Part shown: in pieces, positions 9,010 to 18,265 of the stretch
How positions within the stretch are numbered: the first letter of the stretch is position 1
How the letters are laid out: each line of letters opens with the position of its first letter
Assembly (NCBI GenBank): GCA_009782215.1
Contig: WRKO01000005.1
Coordinates: 30,083 to 94,082, forward strand
From: Oscillospiraceae bacterium
Lineage (GTDB): Bacteria; Bacillota; Clostridia; Oscillospirales; UBA929
Direction: 5' to 3'
DNA length: 64,000 nucleotides
Position numbers and translations under genes: made by a program
The notes under the pieces: model-generated
What the model was told of the DNA's origin: nothing
What the model saw: only the letters and a program-made list of their open reading frames with translations
Databases searched by the model: none

Positions 9010-10137
9010 CTAGCCCTCGTCCGCCTCGTTCTCATTTTTCCCCGTCTCCCCGTCCTCACCCCCGCTGCCGCCGTTCCTGCGCCCGTTTTTCCGCACCAAG
9101 CCGATATACAGCGCGCTGGCGGCCAGCACGGCCAGCAACAGCACGATGACCCGCAGCTCGCCGGAGGTGGTCAGCACCACGGCGGACAGGCCGAGAACGG
9201 CGGAGACGCTGTAGAGGATGGCGACGGCCTGCTTCTGCGAGAAGCCCATGTCAATCAGGCGGTGGTGTACATGGCCGCGGTCGGCCGTGGCAAGCGGGTT
9301 TTTGCCTTTGGAAAGCCTGCGGAAAAAGGCCGCCGCCGTATCGTAGATGGGCAGACCCAAAATCATAAACGGAACGGCAAACGAGATGACGGCGTAAAAC
9401 TTAAACAGGCCCAGAATTGACGCGCAGGAGAGGATATAGCCCAGAAAGAGCGCCCCGCAGTCGCCCATAATCAGCCGCGCGGGGTTGAAGTTGTACGGCA
9501 GAAACCCCAAACAGCCGCCGGTCAGCGCTGCGGTCAGCAGCGCCGCCGCCGGATTGCCGGTGGCAAGCGCAATAATCAGCATAGACAGGGACGCGATGCC
9601 GCTGACGCCGGCGGCAAGCCCGTCCAAGCCGTCGATGAGGTTGACGGCGTTGGTGATGCCGATAATCCACAGGACGGTGATGGGAACGCTGAAAATCCCC
9701 AGCGTAACCGGGTCGCCGCTGATGGGATTGGTGAAGATGTCGGCGCGCAGGCCGTACACCACCGGAACGGCGGCGGCGGCGAGCTGCCCGGAGAGCTTAA
9801 TCCACCACGGCAGGGTGGCGATGTCGTCAATGGCCCCCACCACGATGATGAGTACGGCGCCGATGAGGATGCCGACGACCGGCCGCTCCATTTCGCCCGT
9901 CCCAAACGCCAAAAACGCCGCCATAAAGCCGGCAAAAATCGCGAGCCCGCCCAGACGCGGCATCGGCTCCTTGTGCATCCGCCGGTCGTCCCGCTTGGGG
10001 TCGTCCATAGCGCCCACCTTCCGCGCCAGCATCCGCACAAGCGGCGTGACGGCAAAGGAGACAATCAACGCCGCCGCCAGCGCGAACGCGATTGGAAGAA
10101 GCGTTTCGGGGTCGGTGATAAACTGCGATCTCGGCAT
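9010..10137 (-). CDS. tagO: Undecaprenyl-phosphate GlcNAc-1-phosphate transferase (MraY/WecA/TagO family)
   Basis: Polytopic membrane protein with family motifs AIDDI, NAVNLIDGLDGLAAG, NFNPARLIMGDCGALFLGY and HHRL. Confidence 0.85.
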   Translation of the reverse strand: MPRSQFITDPETLLPIAFALAAALIVSFAVTPLVRMLARKVGAMDDPKRDDRRMHKEPMPRLGGLAIFAGFMAAFLAFGTGEMERPVVGILIGAVLIIVVGAIDDIATLPWWIKLSGQLAAAAVPVVYGLRADIFTNPISGDPVTLGIFSVPITVLWIIGITNAVNLIDGLDGLAAGVSGIASLSMLIIALATGNPAAALLTAALTGGCLGFLPYNFNPARLIMGDCGALFLGYILSCASILGLFKFYAVISFAVPFMILGLPIYDTAAAFFRRLSKGKNPLATADRGHVHHRLIDMGFSQKQAVAILYSVSAVLGLSAVVLTTSGELRVIVLLLAVLAASALYIGLVRKNGRRNGGSGGEDGETGKNENEADEG

Positions 10138-10152
10138 TGCTTCTACACCCCT

Positions 10153-11154
10153 CTATATCCTTGGTAAAAACCCGACGGAGTCCCGAACCTTCCGCAAAAC
10201 CGGCAGGGCGACGGCTTCGGCGCGGGCGGCGCCCTCCGCCATCAGCCTGTCAAGATGCGCGGGGTCTTGAATCAGCTCCAGCGCCTTGGCGCGGATGGGA
10301 GACAGTACGCCGTCGGCGGCTTCGCCCACCGCCGTTTTGAAAGCGCCGTAGCCCTGCCCCGCGAATTCGCGTTCCACCTGCTCCGGCTCCTTGCCGGTGC
10401 AGATCGCGTAAATGGTCATCAGGTTGGCCACGCCGGGCTTTTCAGCGGGATCGTACCGCACCTCCGCCCCCGAATCGGTGACGGCTTTCTTGCATTTTTT
10501 GATGATGACGTCCCTATCGTCCAGCATGGAAATATACCCCGCCGGATTCGGGTCGGACTTGTCCATTTTCCGCGAAGGGTCGGCCAAGCTCATAATCCGC
10601 CCCCCCAGCTTGGGAATCAGCGGCTCCGGCACGACGAACACGTCGCCGTATACGCCGTTGAACCGGACGGCGACGTCCCGCGACAGCTCCAAATGCTGCT
10701 TTTGGTCGTCCCCGATGGGGACGACGTGCGCCCCGTAGAGCAAAATGTCGGCAGCCTGAAGCACCGGGTAGGTAAACAGCCCGGCATTGATGTTGTCGGC
10801 GTGCTTGGCGCTCTTGTCCTTAAACTGCGTCATCCGGCTCAACTCGCCGAACATGGTGAAGTTGTTTAATATCCAGCACAGCTCCGCGTGCGCCGGCACA
10901 TGGCTCTGCACATACAAAACGGTATTGTCCGGGTTCGGCCCGCAGGCCAGCAGCAGCGCGTACAGCTCACGCACGCGGCGGCGCAGCGTCTCCGGGTCTT
11001 GCCGCACCGTAATGGCGTGCATATCCACAATGCTGTAAAAGCAACGGTGCGTCCCGCTCAGCGCCACATAGTTCCTCAGCGCGCCGAGATAGTTGCCCAG
11101 CGTCGGTATCGCCGTAGGCTGTATCCCGGAAAAAGCAGTCTTTTGTGCGTTCAT
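10153..11154 (-). CDS. trpS: Tryptophan--tRNA ligase
   Basis: FSGIQPT..PTLGNYLGA (HIGH-region equivalent), a KMDKS (KMSKS) loop and class Ic length. Start is the internal ATG at 11154, preceded by AAGGAGA. Confidence 0.9.
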   Translation of the reverse strand: MNAQKTAFSGIQPTAIPTLGNYLGALRNYVALSGTHRCFYSIVDMHAITVRQDPETLRRRVRELYALLLACGPNPDNTVLYVQSHVPAHAELCWILNNFTMFGELSRMTQFKDKSAKHADNINAGLFTYPVLQAADILLYGAHVVPIGDDQKQHLELSRDVAVRFNGVYGDVFVVPEPLIPKLGGRIMSLADPSRKMDKSDPNPAGYISMLDDRDVIIKKCKKAVTDSGAEVRYDPAEKPGVANLMTIYAICTGKEPEQVEREFAGQGYGAFKTAVGEAADGVLSPIRAKALELIQDPAHLDRLMAEGAARAEAVALPVLRKVRDSVGFLPRI

Positions 11155-11287
11155 ATGGTTTCTCCTTCTGCATTGTGCGCTTACGGCTATACTTGCCAAA
11201 AGCACTTTCTTGAGGTGATGAATTTCATCCGCAAGTCCGCGTCAAAATTCTTTGCCTCATTTTGCATATATTTCTCGGGAATCAATA

Positions 11288-11779
11288 TCACGCTGCCCTC
11301 TTGGCCGACGGGTCAAGCATGATGGTTTTGCCCAAGCTCTCACAGCAAACGCAGACAACGACATGACAGTCGTCAAACGGCTCCTCATACGGCATACAGG
11401 TGATGTGAAACGCTTTTATCCCGTATGCGCGGATGAGCTGCGCGAGAATAAGCGACAAGCACCTGCAATTTATCCTGCCCTCGTTTTTATCGGCAAACGC
11501 CGTCAAGCCTTGGGGCGTTCTCGCGGTTTCCCTCCAGCCCGGAGGGTTTCCGTGCCTGTAACGCCCGCAGAGCCAGCGCATAAGCGTTATGGCTGTTTCG
11601 GCGTCGCTCTTGCCCTTTACCAAGCCGTCAAGGTTATGCGCTTCAATCATATCAAGCAGATGCTCACGCTCGTTAAATTCAAACGCAAACGAAACATCGG
11701 TCTTGATATCGCCGTATTCCGCGTATTCGGTCAAGGTATCAATTTTTCTCCCGGGTTTCGGGCTGACCGTGGTTGACAT
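11288..11779 (-). CDS. Small transglutaminase-like (papain-fold Cys-His-Asp) protein
   Basis: INCRCLSLILAQLIRAYGIKAFHI (Cys motif), then DCHVVVCV (His) and MLDPS (Asp), with the spacing of the transglutaminase core. Start taken at the internal ATG 11779. The upstream part of the listed ORF overlaps the aminotransferase gene. Confidence 0.55.
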   Translation of the reverse strand: MSTTVSPKPGRKIDTLTEYAEYGDIKTDVSFAFEFNEREHLLDMIEAHNLDGLVKGKSDAETAITLMRWLCGRYRHGNPPGWRETARTPQGLTAFADKNEGRINCRCLSLILAQLIRAYGIKAFHITCMPYEEPFDDCHVVVCVCCESLGKTIMLDPSAKRAA

Positions 11780-11787
11780 AGACACAC

Positions 11788-12963
11788 CTACATTTCCCGC
11801 AGGGTTTCCCCCAGCCGCGCTACGCCGGTTTCTATCTGTTCGATGGACGGGAGGGAGAAGTTCAAGCGTATCGCGCTGGAAAAACCACCCTCGTCGCACA
11901 GAAACGCGCTTCCGGGGACAGCCATCACCTTTTTCTCCTTGGCGCGGCGGCAAAACTCAACGCCGTCCTCACCGCCCGGCAGGTTGACCCACAGGAACAG
12001 CCCGCCCTCCGGCAAAACCCATCCCGCCTCCGGCATATGCCGTTTCAGCGCCGCGTCCATCGCGTCCCGGCGGGCGCGGTAAAGGCTGCGGCAGCGGGCG
12101 ACGTGCGCTTCGATGTCGTAGCTTGCCATATACCGTTCGACAAGGACTTGGAAGAAGAGGTTGGAATGGACGTCGCTCACCTGTTTGGCGGCGGTCATTT
12201 TGGCAATCAGCGCCGAGGGGGCGAGGGCGAACCCCAAGCGGATACCCGGCGCGATGATTTTGGAAAAGCTGCCCGCGTAAATCACGCGGCCCTCCCCGTC
12301 CAGCGCCTTGACAGCGGGCACGCCCTCCCCGCCGTAGCGCAAATCACGGTAGGGGTCGTCCTCCAGCACCATCACGTTATGCTGTGAGGCAAGCTCCAGC
12401 AGGCGTTTGCGGGACGCGAGCGGCATCACCTCTCCGGCGGGGTTTTGGAAGGTGGGGATGGTGTAAATCAGCTTGGCTTCGGGATGCTCCCTGAGCGCCC
12501 GCTCCAGCCCGTCCATATCCATGCCCGCGCCGTTGCAGGGGACGCCCACCAGCTTGGCGCTGTATGAGCGCAGGGCGTTGAGCGCGCCGATGAAGCTGGG
12601 GTCTTCGCAGATGACGGTGTCGCCGTCGTTCAGCAGTGTCTTGGCGGCCAGCTCAACCACCTGCTGCCCGCCGCTGGTGATTATCAGCTCATCCCCGTCC
12701 CCGCCCACGCCGCACACCCGGCGCGCGCGTTCCAGCGTCCTCTCGCGCAAGGGCTGATAGCCCTCGGAAATACCGTATTGCAGGGCGCTTGCCGCGCCGG
12801 ACGCGAAAATCTCCGCCGCCACGGCCGCCATCTCCGCCGCCGGAAAGGCCTCGGGTGACGGGTTGCCCGCCGCCAGCGATATGGTCTCCGAATCGGCGGG
12901 GGCCTTGAGAATCTCGCGGATAGCCGACGGCTTGAGCGCCGATATGCGTCTGGAAAACTCCAT
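11788..12963 (-). CDS. PLP-dependent aminotransferase, class I/II fold (2-aminoadipate/aromatic aminotransferase-like)
   Basis: ISLAAGNP near the N-terminus, DPY..L, and YAGSFSKIIAPGIRLGF (PLP lysine motif). About 390 aa. Confidence 0.85.
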   Translation of the reverse strand: MEFSRRISALKPSAIREILKAPADSETISLAAGNPSPEAFPAAEMAAVAAEIFASGAASALQYGISEGYQPLRERTLERARRVCGVGGDGDELIITSGGQQVVELAAKTLLNDGDTVICEDPSFIGALNALRSYSAKLVGVPCNGAGMDMDGLERALREHPEAKLIYTIPTFQNPAGEVMPLASRKRLLELASQHNVMVLEDDPYRDLRYGGEGVPAVKALDGEGRVIYAGSFSKIIAPGIRLGFALAPSALIAKMTAAKQVSDVHSNLFFQVLVERYMASYDIEAHVARCRSLYRARRDAMDAALKRHMPEAGWVLPEGGLFLWVNLPGGEDGVEFCRRAKEKKVMAVPGSAFLCDEGGFSSAIRLNFSLPSIEQIETGVARLGETLREM

Positions 12964-12992
12964 GCTCCCGCTCCTTTTCTTTCTTTCTCAAC

Positions 12993-13021
12993 AGTGTAAC
13001 AGACAATCGGCGTCTTGTCAA
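12993..13021 (-). promoter_or_regulatory. Putative sigma-A promoter of the aminotransferase gene
   Basis: Minus strand TTGACA (13021..13016), 17 nt spacer, TACACT (12998..12993). It lies about 30 nt upstream of AAAGGAG and ATG 12963. Confidence 0.45.
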
Positions 13022-13032
13022 TCTCGGGCAGG

Positions 13033-13062
13033 AAAACGGGCGGCGCTAGGCCGCCCGTTTTT
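13033..13062 (-). terminator. Intrinsic terminator closing the 16-kb glycan operon (bidirectional-looking)
   Basis: AAAACGGGCGGC-GCTAG-GCCGCCCGTTTTT is an 8-bp GC stem with A- and T-tracts on either side. It sits 20 nt after the stop at 13082. Confidence 0.6.
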
Positions 13063-13081
13063 CAAGCTGATGAAGCTGTTT

Positions 13082-14533
13082 TTACTTGCCGTAGGCGGCG
13101 TCGATGTAATCCTGCATGACCTGCCGCCACTGCTCGGCCAGACCAGACGCCATGGTGGAGCCGTCAAGCAGCCCGCCTATGCCGAAGCGGTCGCCGTCGG
13201 CGTTGCGGACGACCAAGTTGTCCCACATATCAAACTGGGGCTTGGTGCTCATGTATCCGGTCACAAAATCCAGACCGCGCACGTCGTCGCCAAACAGGTT
13301 TTCCACCCAGAGCGCCGCGTCGTCGCGGAGGTCGAGGTCGTAGTTGTACCAGTTGTTGTAATCATAGAAAACCTTGTAAACAATGTGGGCGTCCGGCGTC
13401 CCGATGGGAATCATAAAGACGTTGCCGCTCATGTTGACGGTGTTGTTTGTCTCCCTGTTCCCGCTGGGCCCGATCGGCCACGGCACGACGCGGATGGTAT
13501 AGGGGCAGTCCTCATGCTCGTCGGTGGGGAAGCCCTTGGTGATGCCGTTTCTCTGCGCCAGCCAAGGATACCAGATGAAGAAGGCCTGCTGGCCGGACTG
13601 CCAAAGGTTGTTGTCCCAGTATTCGATGTCGCCGTCCCACGGACGGGCCACATTCTCGGTGTTATACATGTTGTAGATGAAGTCGAAGACCTCAAGGGTG
13701 GCGGTGGCGGTGAGGTTCTCCGTATCCGACACGGCGATGCCGGTGCCGTTGGAAATGAGCAGGGCGGTGAGCAGCGGCACATGGCCTCCGCCCCAGCCGT
13801 AGCGGCTGTCACTGAAGTCGGTCACGCCGCGCATGATGTTGAGCCACGCGTCCCAAGTCCACTGGCCGCTGTCCCACAAGTCCTGCGGGTCGGGCTGGTT
13901 GAACTCGTCAAGCCTGTCCTTGTTGTATCCCAGCATGGGAATCTGGTTGTAGTCAACCGGCGGGGACACCCTGATGAGATAGTCTTCGTCAAGGTTGCAG
14001 ACGTTGAGCGGGGTGAAGACGGTCTGGTCAGTCCAGATACCGTCCTCGGGGTCGGTCGCGTACGCGCTGATGGGCAGGCAGTAGCCGGCCATAACATAGG
14101 GGATGCCGAAGTTGAGATCCATGCAGTAGATGTCAACGTCGGGAGCGCCCGCCATAATCGAGGACGCGATGGATTCCCTCACCCCGTCCCACGTCATATC
14201 GACGAAGTTCAGCTTGACGTTGTACCGCTCCTCAATGGCGCGTATATTGTCCAGCCGCATCTGCGCGGTGACGGGGTTATCCTCCGTGCCCGTGAGCTCG
14301 AGCTGGGCGGAGTCAATGACGTTTGTCTCGGGGTTCCACCATATGCCCACCGTGATGGGGCGGGTGTTGAGGTATCTGTCCGGGTCGTGTGCGGGGCGGT
14401 CGTCGGGGCTTGGCGACGGATTCCCGCCGCCGGGGTCGTCATTGCCGCCGCACGCGGCCAGCACGGCGAACACCATGATAAGGGCAAGAGCCAAGGAAAG
14501 GATACTACGGATTTTCACGTTGCTTACCTCCAT
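13082..14533 (-). CDS. ABC transporter extracellular solute-binding lipoprotein (CUT1/family 1 type)
   Basis: Lipobox LAACGG plus a Pro/Asp linker. Size and Trp/Tyr/Asp-rich composition are typical of sugar SBPs. It is the last gene of the operon with the permeases. Confidence 0.8.
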   Translation of the reverse strand: MEVSNVKIRSILSLALALIMVFAVLAACGGNDDPGGGNPSPSPDDRPAHDPDRYLNTRPITVGIWWNPETNVIDSAQLELTGTEDNPVTAQMRLDNIRAIEERYNVKLNFVDMTWDGVRESIASSIMAGAPDVDIYCMDLNFGIPYVMAGYCLPISAYATDPEDGIWTDQTVFTPLNVCNLDEDYLIRVSPPVDYNQIPMLGYNKDRLDEFNQPDPQDLWDSGQWTWDAWLNIMRGVTDFSDSRYGWGGGHVPLLTALLISNGTGIAVSDTENLTATATLEVFDFIYNMYNTENVARPWDGDIEYWDNNLWQSGQQAFFIWYPWLAQRNGITKGFPTDEHEDCPYTIRVVPWPIGPSGNRETNNTVNMSGNVFMIPIGTPDAHIVYKVFYDYNNWYNYDLDLRDDAALWVENLFGDDVRGLDFVTGYMSTKPQFDMWDNLVVRNADGDRFGIGGLLDGSTMASGLAEQWRQVMQDYIDAAYGK

Positions 14534-14561
14534 TTAATCAATTTTGAAACGCCGTGCGCGG

Positions 14562-16253
14562 TCAGTCGTCCAACTCCCCGCTGGGGTTGGGCGTGTAAAG
14601 GACGAGCTTGAACAGGGTGTATTCCGTGCCGTCGTCCTGAATCCAGAACGCGCACAGCTCATCATAGAACTTATCGGGGTCGCCGTCGCGCGCCCATCTG
14701 GCCATGATGCCCTCATAGCTGATTTGCTCCACGGCCACACGGGGAACTCTGAGATTGTCAACGGTCAATTCAGGGGTGACATATCCGCCCGGCTGGCTGT
14801 CGCCGGTCAGGTTGGCCCAAATCTGGCCGCCCCAGTCAAAGGTTTCCCCGCCAAAGCGCTGGAAGATAAACTGGGTAAACTTTTCCGATTCATAGTACGC
14901 CGTGATGTAAGCGCCGGGGACAATCCAGCCCGGTTTGAAATCGGGCGGGTTTTCATCCGAATGAGCGGTATCCATGCGGAAGAGCTGCACCCAGTTGCCC
15001 GCGGAATACCCGTCGCCCGAGTGGATGTTGAACGGCGTGAGGTCGATGAACTCGTCGTCGCCCATCAGGACGGGGCGGTATTCAATCTCATGGGTGCGCA
15101 TCCCGATGGAGAAGCTCTTAACTTCCAAGGGAGCTTCCCCTTCGTTGCCGCGGTCGCCGATGTTGATGCGGTCAAGATAGGTGTCAAAATCGTCGGTGCC
15201 GAAGGACTCGACGACGTCTTCATAGCGGAACTGCGCGAGGTTGCCGGACAGGTTGACCATAAACGGCTCGACCTTCGCCCAGCTTTGGGGGCCGCCGCTC
15301 CAAGTCTGGAAGATAATTTCGGGGGCTCTGGGCCCGCCGTATGCCACGGTGATGACTGAGCCGGGGACAAAGACGTCGAGGTCGAAATTGTCTCTGTCAA
15401 TCATGCCGGCCTGTCCCCACCCGGAGGATTCGCCGGTCGCGCCGTTGTCGAAGTAGGCGAACCGCACTTCATCTTCGACTTCAAACAGCAGCGACGTGTC
15501 CGCCGCGCCGAAGCCTCTGGGAGCGTCAAAGCTCGCGGAGGTGTCGGCCGGGATCACATTGCCGGCCGCGTCGTAGGCGGCGACAAAGTCAATGATGAAG
15601 TTGGAGGGTTGCGCGCCCGCGCGGTCGGCGGCGTCGCCGCCGGTGCCCTTGCGCAGAACGATGATGTTTTTCGCGCCGACGGCGAAGGTCACGCCCAGCT
15701 CATCCAAATCCGCGTGGATGAGGGTGGGGTTATTCTTCTCCAAGGTAACGGCCCACAAAACCTCGCTCACATCGTTGCCCGCGCCGGTGAAGACATCTAG
15801 GACACCCGAGGCCGCGTAGAAGCTGCCCGGCATATCCAGCCAGAGAAGAATCGAGATGGAGCGGATGTCGGGAAGCCTGTCGCCGTACAGGCTGGAAACG
15901 TCGATGCCCACATAGGGGGTTTTGCCTTCGGTGAGCGTAGCCTTCAGCGCGCTGCCGCCGTTGTGGCTGATAAGCGAAAGCTCGGAGGGGTCGGCGTCGC
16001 CGGGGGTAAGGTTGACGGCGGCAAACTCCATCAGTCCGTCGGAAAAGTCGATGGCGCCCGCCGGTGCTTCGGGAATGGTCACCGTAATGTTGGCGGGAGG
16101 CTCCCAATCAAGGCCGCCGGAGCTTCCGCCGGGGTCGTCCGACGGGGTGCTTGCATCGGGCGATGCCGACGGTTCGTCGCCGCCGCAGGCCGCCAGAAGA
16201 AGCCCCAAGGAGAAAAGGATTGCGAGGAGCAGGGCAATTCGCTTTGTTTTCAT
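14562..16253 (-). CDS. 563-aa lipoprotein of unknown function (several beta-sandwich/CBM-like modules suspected)
   Basis: MKTKRIALLLAILFSLGLLLAACGG lipoprotein signal and a Ser/Pro/Asp linker. The rest is Gly/Asp/Phe/Trp-rich with no catalytic motif I recognise. It lies between a permease and an SBP gene. Confidence 0.6.
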   Translation of the reverse strand: MKTKRIALLLAILFSLGLLLAACGGDEPSASPDASTPSDDPGGSSGGLDWEPPANITVTIPEAPAGAIDFSDGLMEFAAVNLTPGDADPSELSLISHNGGSALKATLTEGKTPYVGIDVSSLYGDRLPDIRSISILLWLDMPGSFYAASGVLDVFTGAGNDVSEVLWAVTLEKNNPTLIHADLDELGVTFAVGAKNIIVLRKGTGGDAADRAGAQPSNFIIDFVAAYDAAGNVIPADTSASFDAPRGFGAADTSLLFEVEDEVRFAYFDNGATGESSGWGQAGMIDRDNFDLDVFVPGSVITVAYGGPRAPEIIFQTWSGGPQSWAKVEPFMVNLSGNLAQFRYEDVVESFGTDDFDTYLDRINIGDRGNEGEAPLEVKSFSIGMRTHEIEYRPVLMGDDEFIDLTPFNIHSGDGYSAGNWVQLFRMDTAHSDENPPDFKPGWIVPGAYITAYYESEKFTQFIFQRFGGETFDWGGQIWANLTGDSQPGGYVTPELTVDNLRVPRVAVEQISYEGIMARWARDGDPDKFYDELCAFWIQDDGTEYTLFKLVLYTPNPSGELDD

Positions 16254-16297
16254 GTTTTTCCCTCTTTCATAGATTTTTTGTCCGGGACAGGGCCGCG

Positions 16298-17281
16298 TTA
16301 TCCTACAATGCCAGACCGCTCCACCCCCTCTATGAACTTTCTTTGCAGAAACACGTAAATGAGAATCATGGGCAATATCATCAAAATAATGCCTGCGTAA
16401 ACATACAGCGCGGAGATGGCGGGGTCGGTAATCCTGTGAATCCCGGCGAGAGAGCTTTGCAGGCTATTCAGCCTTTTCGAGAGAATCCAGTCGTTGCTGA
16501 GGTTGAACAGGTTGGCGTAGAAAAGGTCGTTGTACTGCCACACCAGCGAGAAGATGGTCACCGTCAGGATGGAGGGCATGGCGTTGGGAATCATCACGCG
16601 CACATAGGTATACATCGTCCCCGCGCCGTCCACAAAGGCGGCCTCCTCAATCTCCTTGGGCAGCCCCCGGAAAAACTGGGTGAAAATGTAGATGTACAGC
16701 CCCGACCGCAGCCCGGCGCCGAGCAGCGTCATCATATACATCGGCGTGAGCGTCGTGAGGAGGTTCATCGGCTCCGCGCCGAACAGGGAAAAAAGCCAAA
16801 ACGGGTCAAAGTGCCTGAAGGTCATATAAAGCGGGAGCATAATCGTGTGCGAGGGAATGACGATGACGATGATGACACAGGCAAACAGGAGCTTTTTCAG
16901 GGGAAACTGAAACCGCGCGAACCCATACCCCACCATGGAGCAGACCGCAATCTGGATAACGGTGAGGGAGCAGATATACACCAGCATGTTCCACATGACC
17001 GAGAAATAATTCATCTCGGTAATCGTCAGCCTGTATCTGTCCAGCGTCGGGTTCTGCGCAATCATGTAGACGACGGGGCTGTATCTGTCCTCGTTGGAGA
17101 AAAACGAGCTGACGGCGATGCCGAGCAGCGGCCCGAGAATGACATACGAGATGCCCACAATCAGCGTCAGCCGGAACAGAGACATGAGAAACGACGCAAA
17201 CCAGCGGATCATACGCCGCTTTTCGTTTTGCAGCCGCGTATCCGTATTGAATGCGCGCAGTTTTTGTTTCAAGGATTCCAA
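16298..17281 (-). CDS. Carbohydrate ABC transporter permease (MalG/LplC-like)
   Basis: Six predicted TM segments. EAA-type loop FTQFFRGLPKEIEEAAFVDGAGTMYTYVRVMIP. Confidence 0.85.
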   Translation of the reverse strand: MESLKQKLRAFNTDTRLQNEKRRMIRWFASFLMSLFRLTLIVGISYVILGPLLGIAVSSFFSNEDRYSPVVYMIAQNPTLDRYRLTITEMNYFSVMWNMLVYICSLTVIQIAVCSMVGYGFARFQFPLKKLLFACVIIVIVIPSHTIMLPLYMTFRHFDPFWLFSLFGAEPMNLLTTLTPMYMMTLLGAGLRSGLYIYIFTQFFRGLPKEIEEAAFVDGAGTMYTYVRVMIPNAMPSILTVTIFSLVWQYNDLFYANLFNLSNDWILSKRLNSLQSSLAGIHRITDPAISALYVYAGIILMILPMILIYVFLQRKFIEGVERSGIVG

Positions 17282-17335
17282 GATAGCACTCCTCCCCTGT
17301 GTCTTGCCCCGCGCGCGTCCGGCGGGGCGGGCCGT

Positions 17336-18265
17336 CTAGTTGTGATAGTAAACAAATTTGGAAATCAGCCAGCCGGAGATGCCCAGAATCCCGCAGACGC
17401 ACACCATGCTGACAAGACTGAACACGGCGCCCAGCGAGTAGTTGAGTTCCCTGAACATGGTGTCATACGCCTCCTGCAGCACCCGGCTGTTGACAAACGA
17501 ATCCAGCACCGTATAAACCATATTGGTGACCAGCAGCGGCGACACCATCGGGAATGTGACCTTCCAGAATGTTTCGTAGGGCGTGGCGCCCTCGATTTTC
17601 GCCACCTCATAGAGCGACGGGGAAATGGACTGGAGGGCAGCAAGGAAGATGATGATTTGCACGCCCGACATGGTGATGACGTAGTTGATGCGCGCCACGG
17701 CGCCGAGGATGTAGTCAAGCGCGGCGTTCGGAAGCCCCAAATCCCGCATCAGCCCGACGTAATAGCCGATGCTGACGCCTCCGCCGCTGCCGGCCGACTC
17801 CAGCATGGCGGCAGGCGCGGGGCTGGTGCCGCCGAGCATCATGGCCCTTACCATTTCCAGCGCCCCGAAGATGGCGGGGGCGTTGAGCAGAACCGGCATG
17901 AAGAAGATGGCGCGCGCCACCGTGCGCCCCTTGAACTTTTGGTTGAGCATGATGGCGATAAACAGGCTGAAGAAGATGATAAGCGGGATGTCAACGACCA
18001 TGCTGATGATGGAATCCACCAAAAATTGGTTGAAGCGCGGATGCTCGGTGAACGCCTTGACAAAATTGTCAAGGCCGGTGAAGCTCCGCGTATAGCCCAG
18101 CCCTTCGATGCTCGTCTCAGAGACGGCGAAGAGAATGGTCTCATAAAGGCTGCGCGCGTAAAAGACCAGAAACCCGAAGATGAACGGGGACACAAACAGA
18201 AGCCCCGTGATGGCGCGGCGGCGCGACAGCGTCATGCCCTTCCCGCGCTTTTTCGCAACTGTCAT
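17336..18265 (-). CDS. Sugar ABC transporter permease (MalF/LplB-like)
   Basis: Polytopic. EAA loop LAALQSISPSLYEVAKIEGATPYETFWKVTFPM. ATG 18265 overlaps the stop of the upstream 868-aa gene (ATGA). Confidence 0.85.
   Translation of the reverse strand: MTVAKKRGKGMTLSRRRAITGLLFVSPFIFGFLVFYARSLYETILFAVSETSIEGLGYTRSFTGLDNFVKAFTEHPRFNQFLVDSIISMVVDIPLIIFFSLFIAIMLNQKFKGRTVARAIFFMPVLLNAPAIFGALEMVRAMMLGGTSPAPAAMLESAGSGGGVSIGYYVGLMRDLGLPNAALDYILGAVARINYVITMSGVQIIIFLAALQSISPSLYEVAKIEGATPYETFWKVTFPMVSPLLVTNMVYTVLDSFVNSRVLQEAYDTMFRELNYSLGAVFSLVSMVCVCGILGISGWLISKFVYYHN

Noticed and set aside
11155-11287. Possible T-box leader upstream of trpS (and upstream of leuS at 47914)
   Set aside because: The trpS upstream gap is only about 130 nt and AT-rich. 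It lacks the conserved T-box sequence (no CGCGGTACCACC-type element on the plus strand) and has no terminator/antiterminator pair. The leuS start overlaps rsfS, so there is no leader at all.
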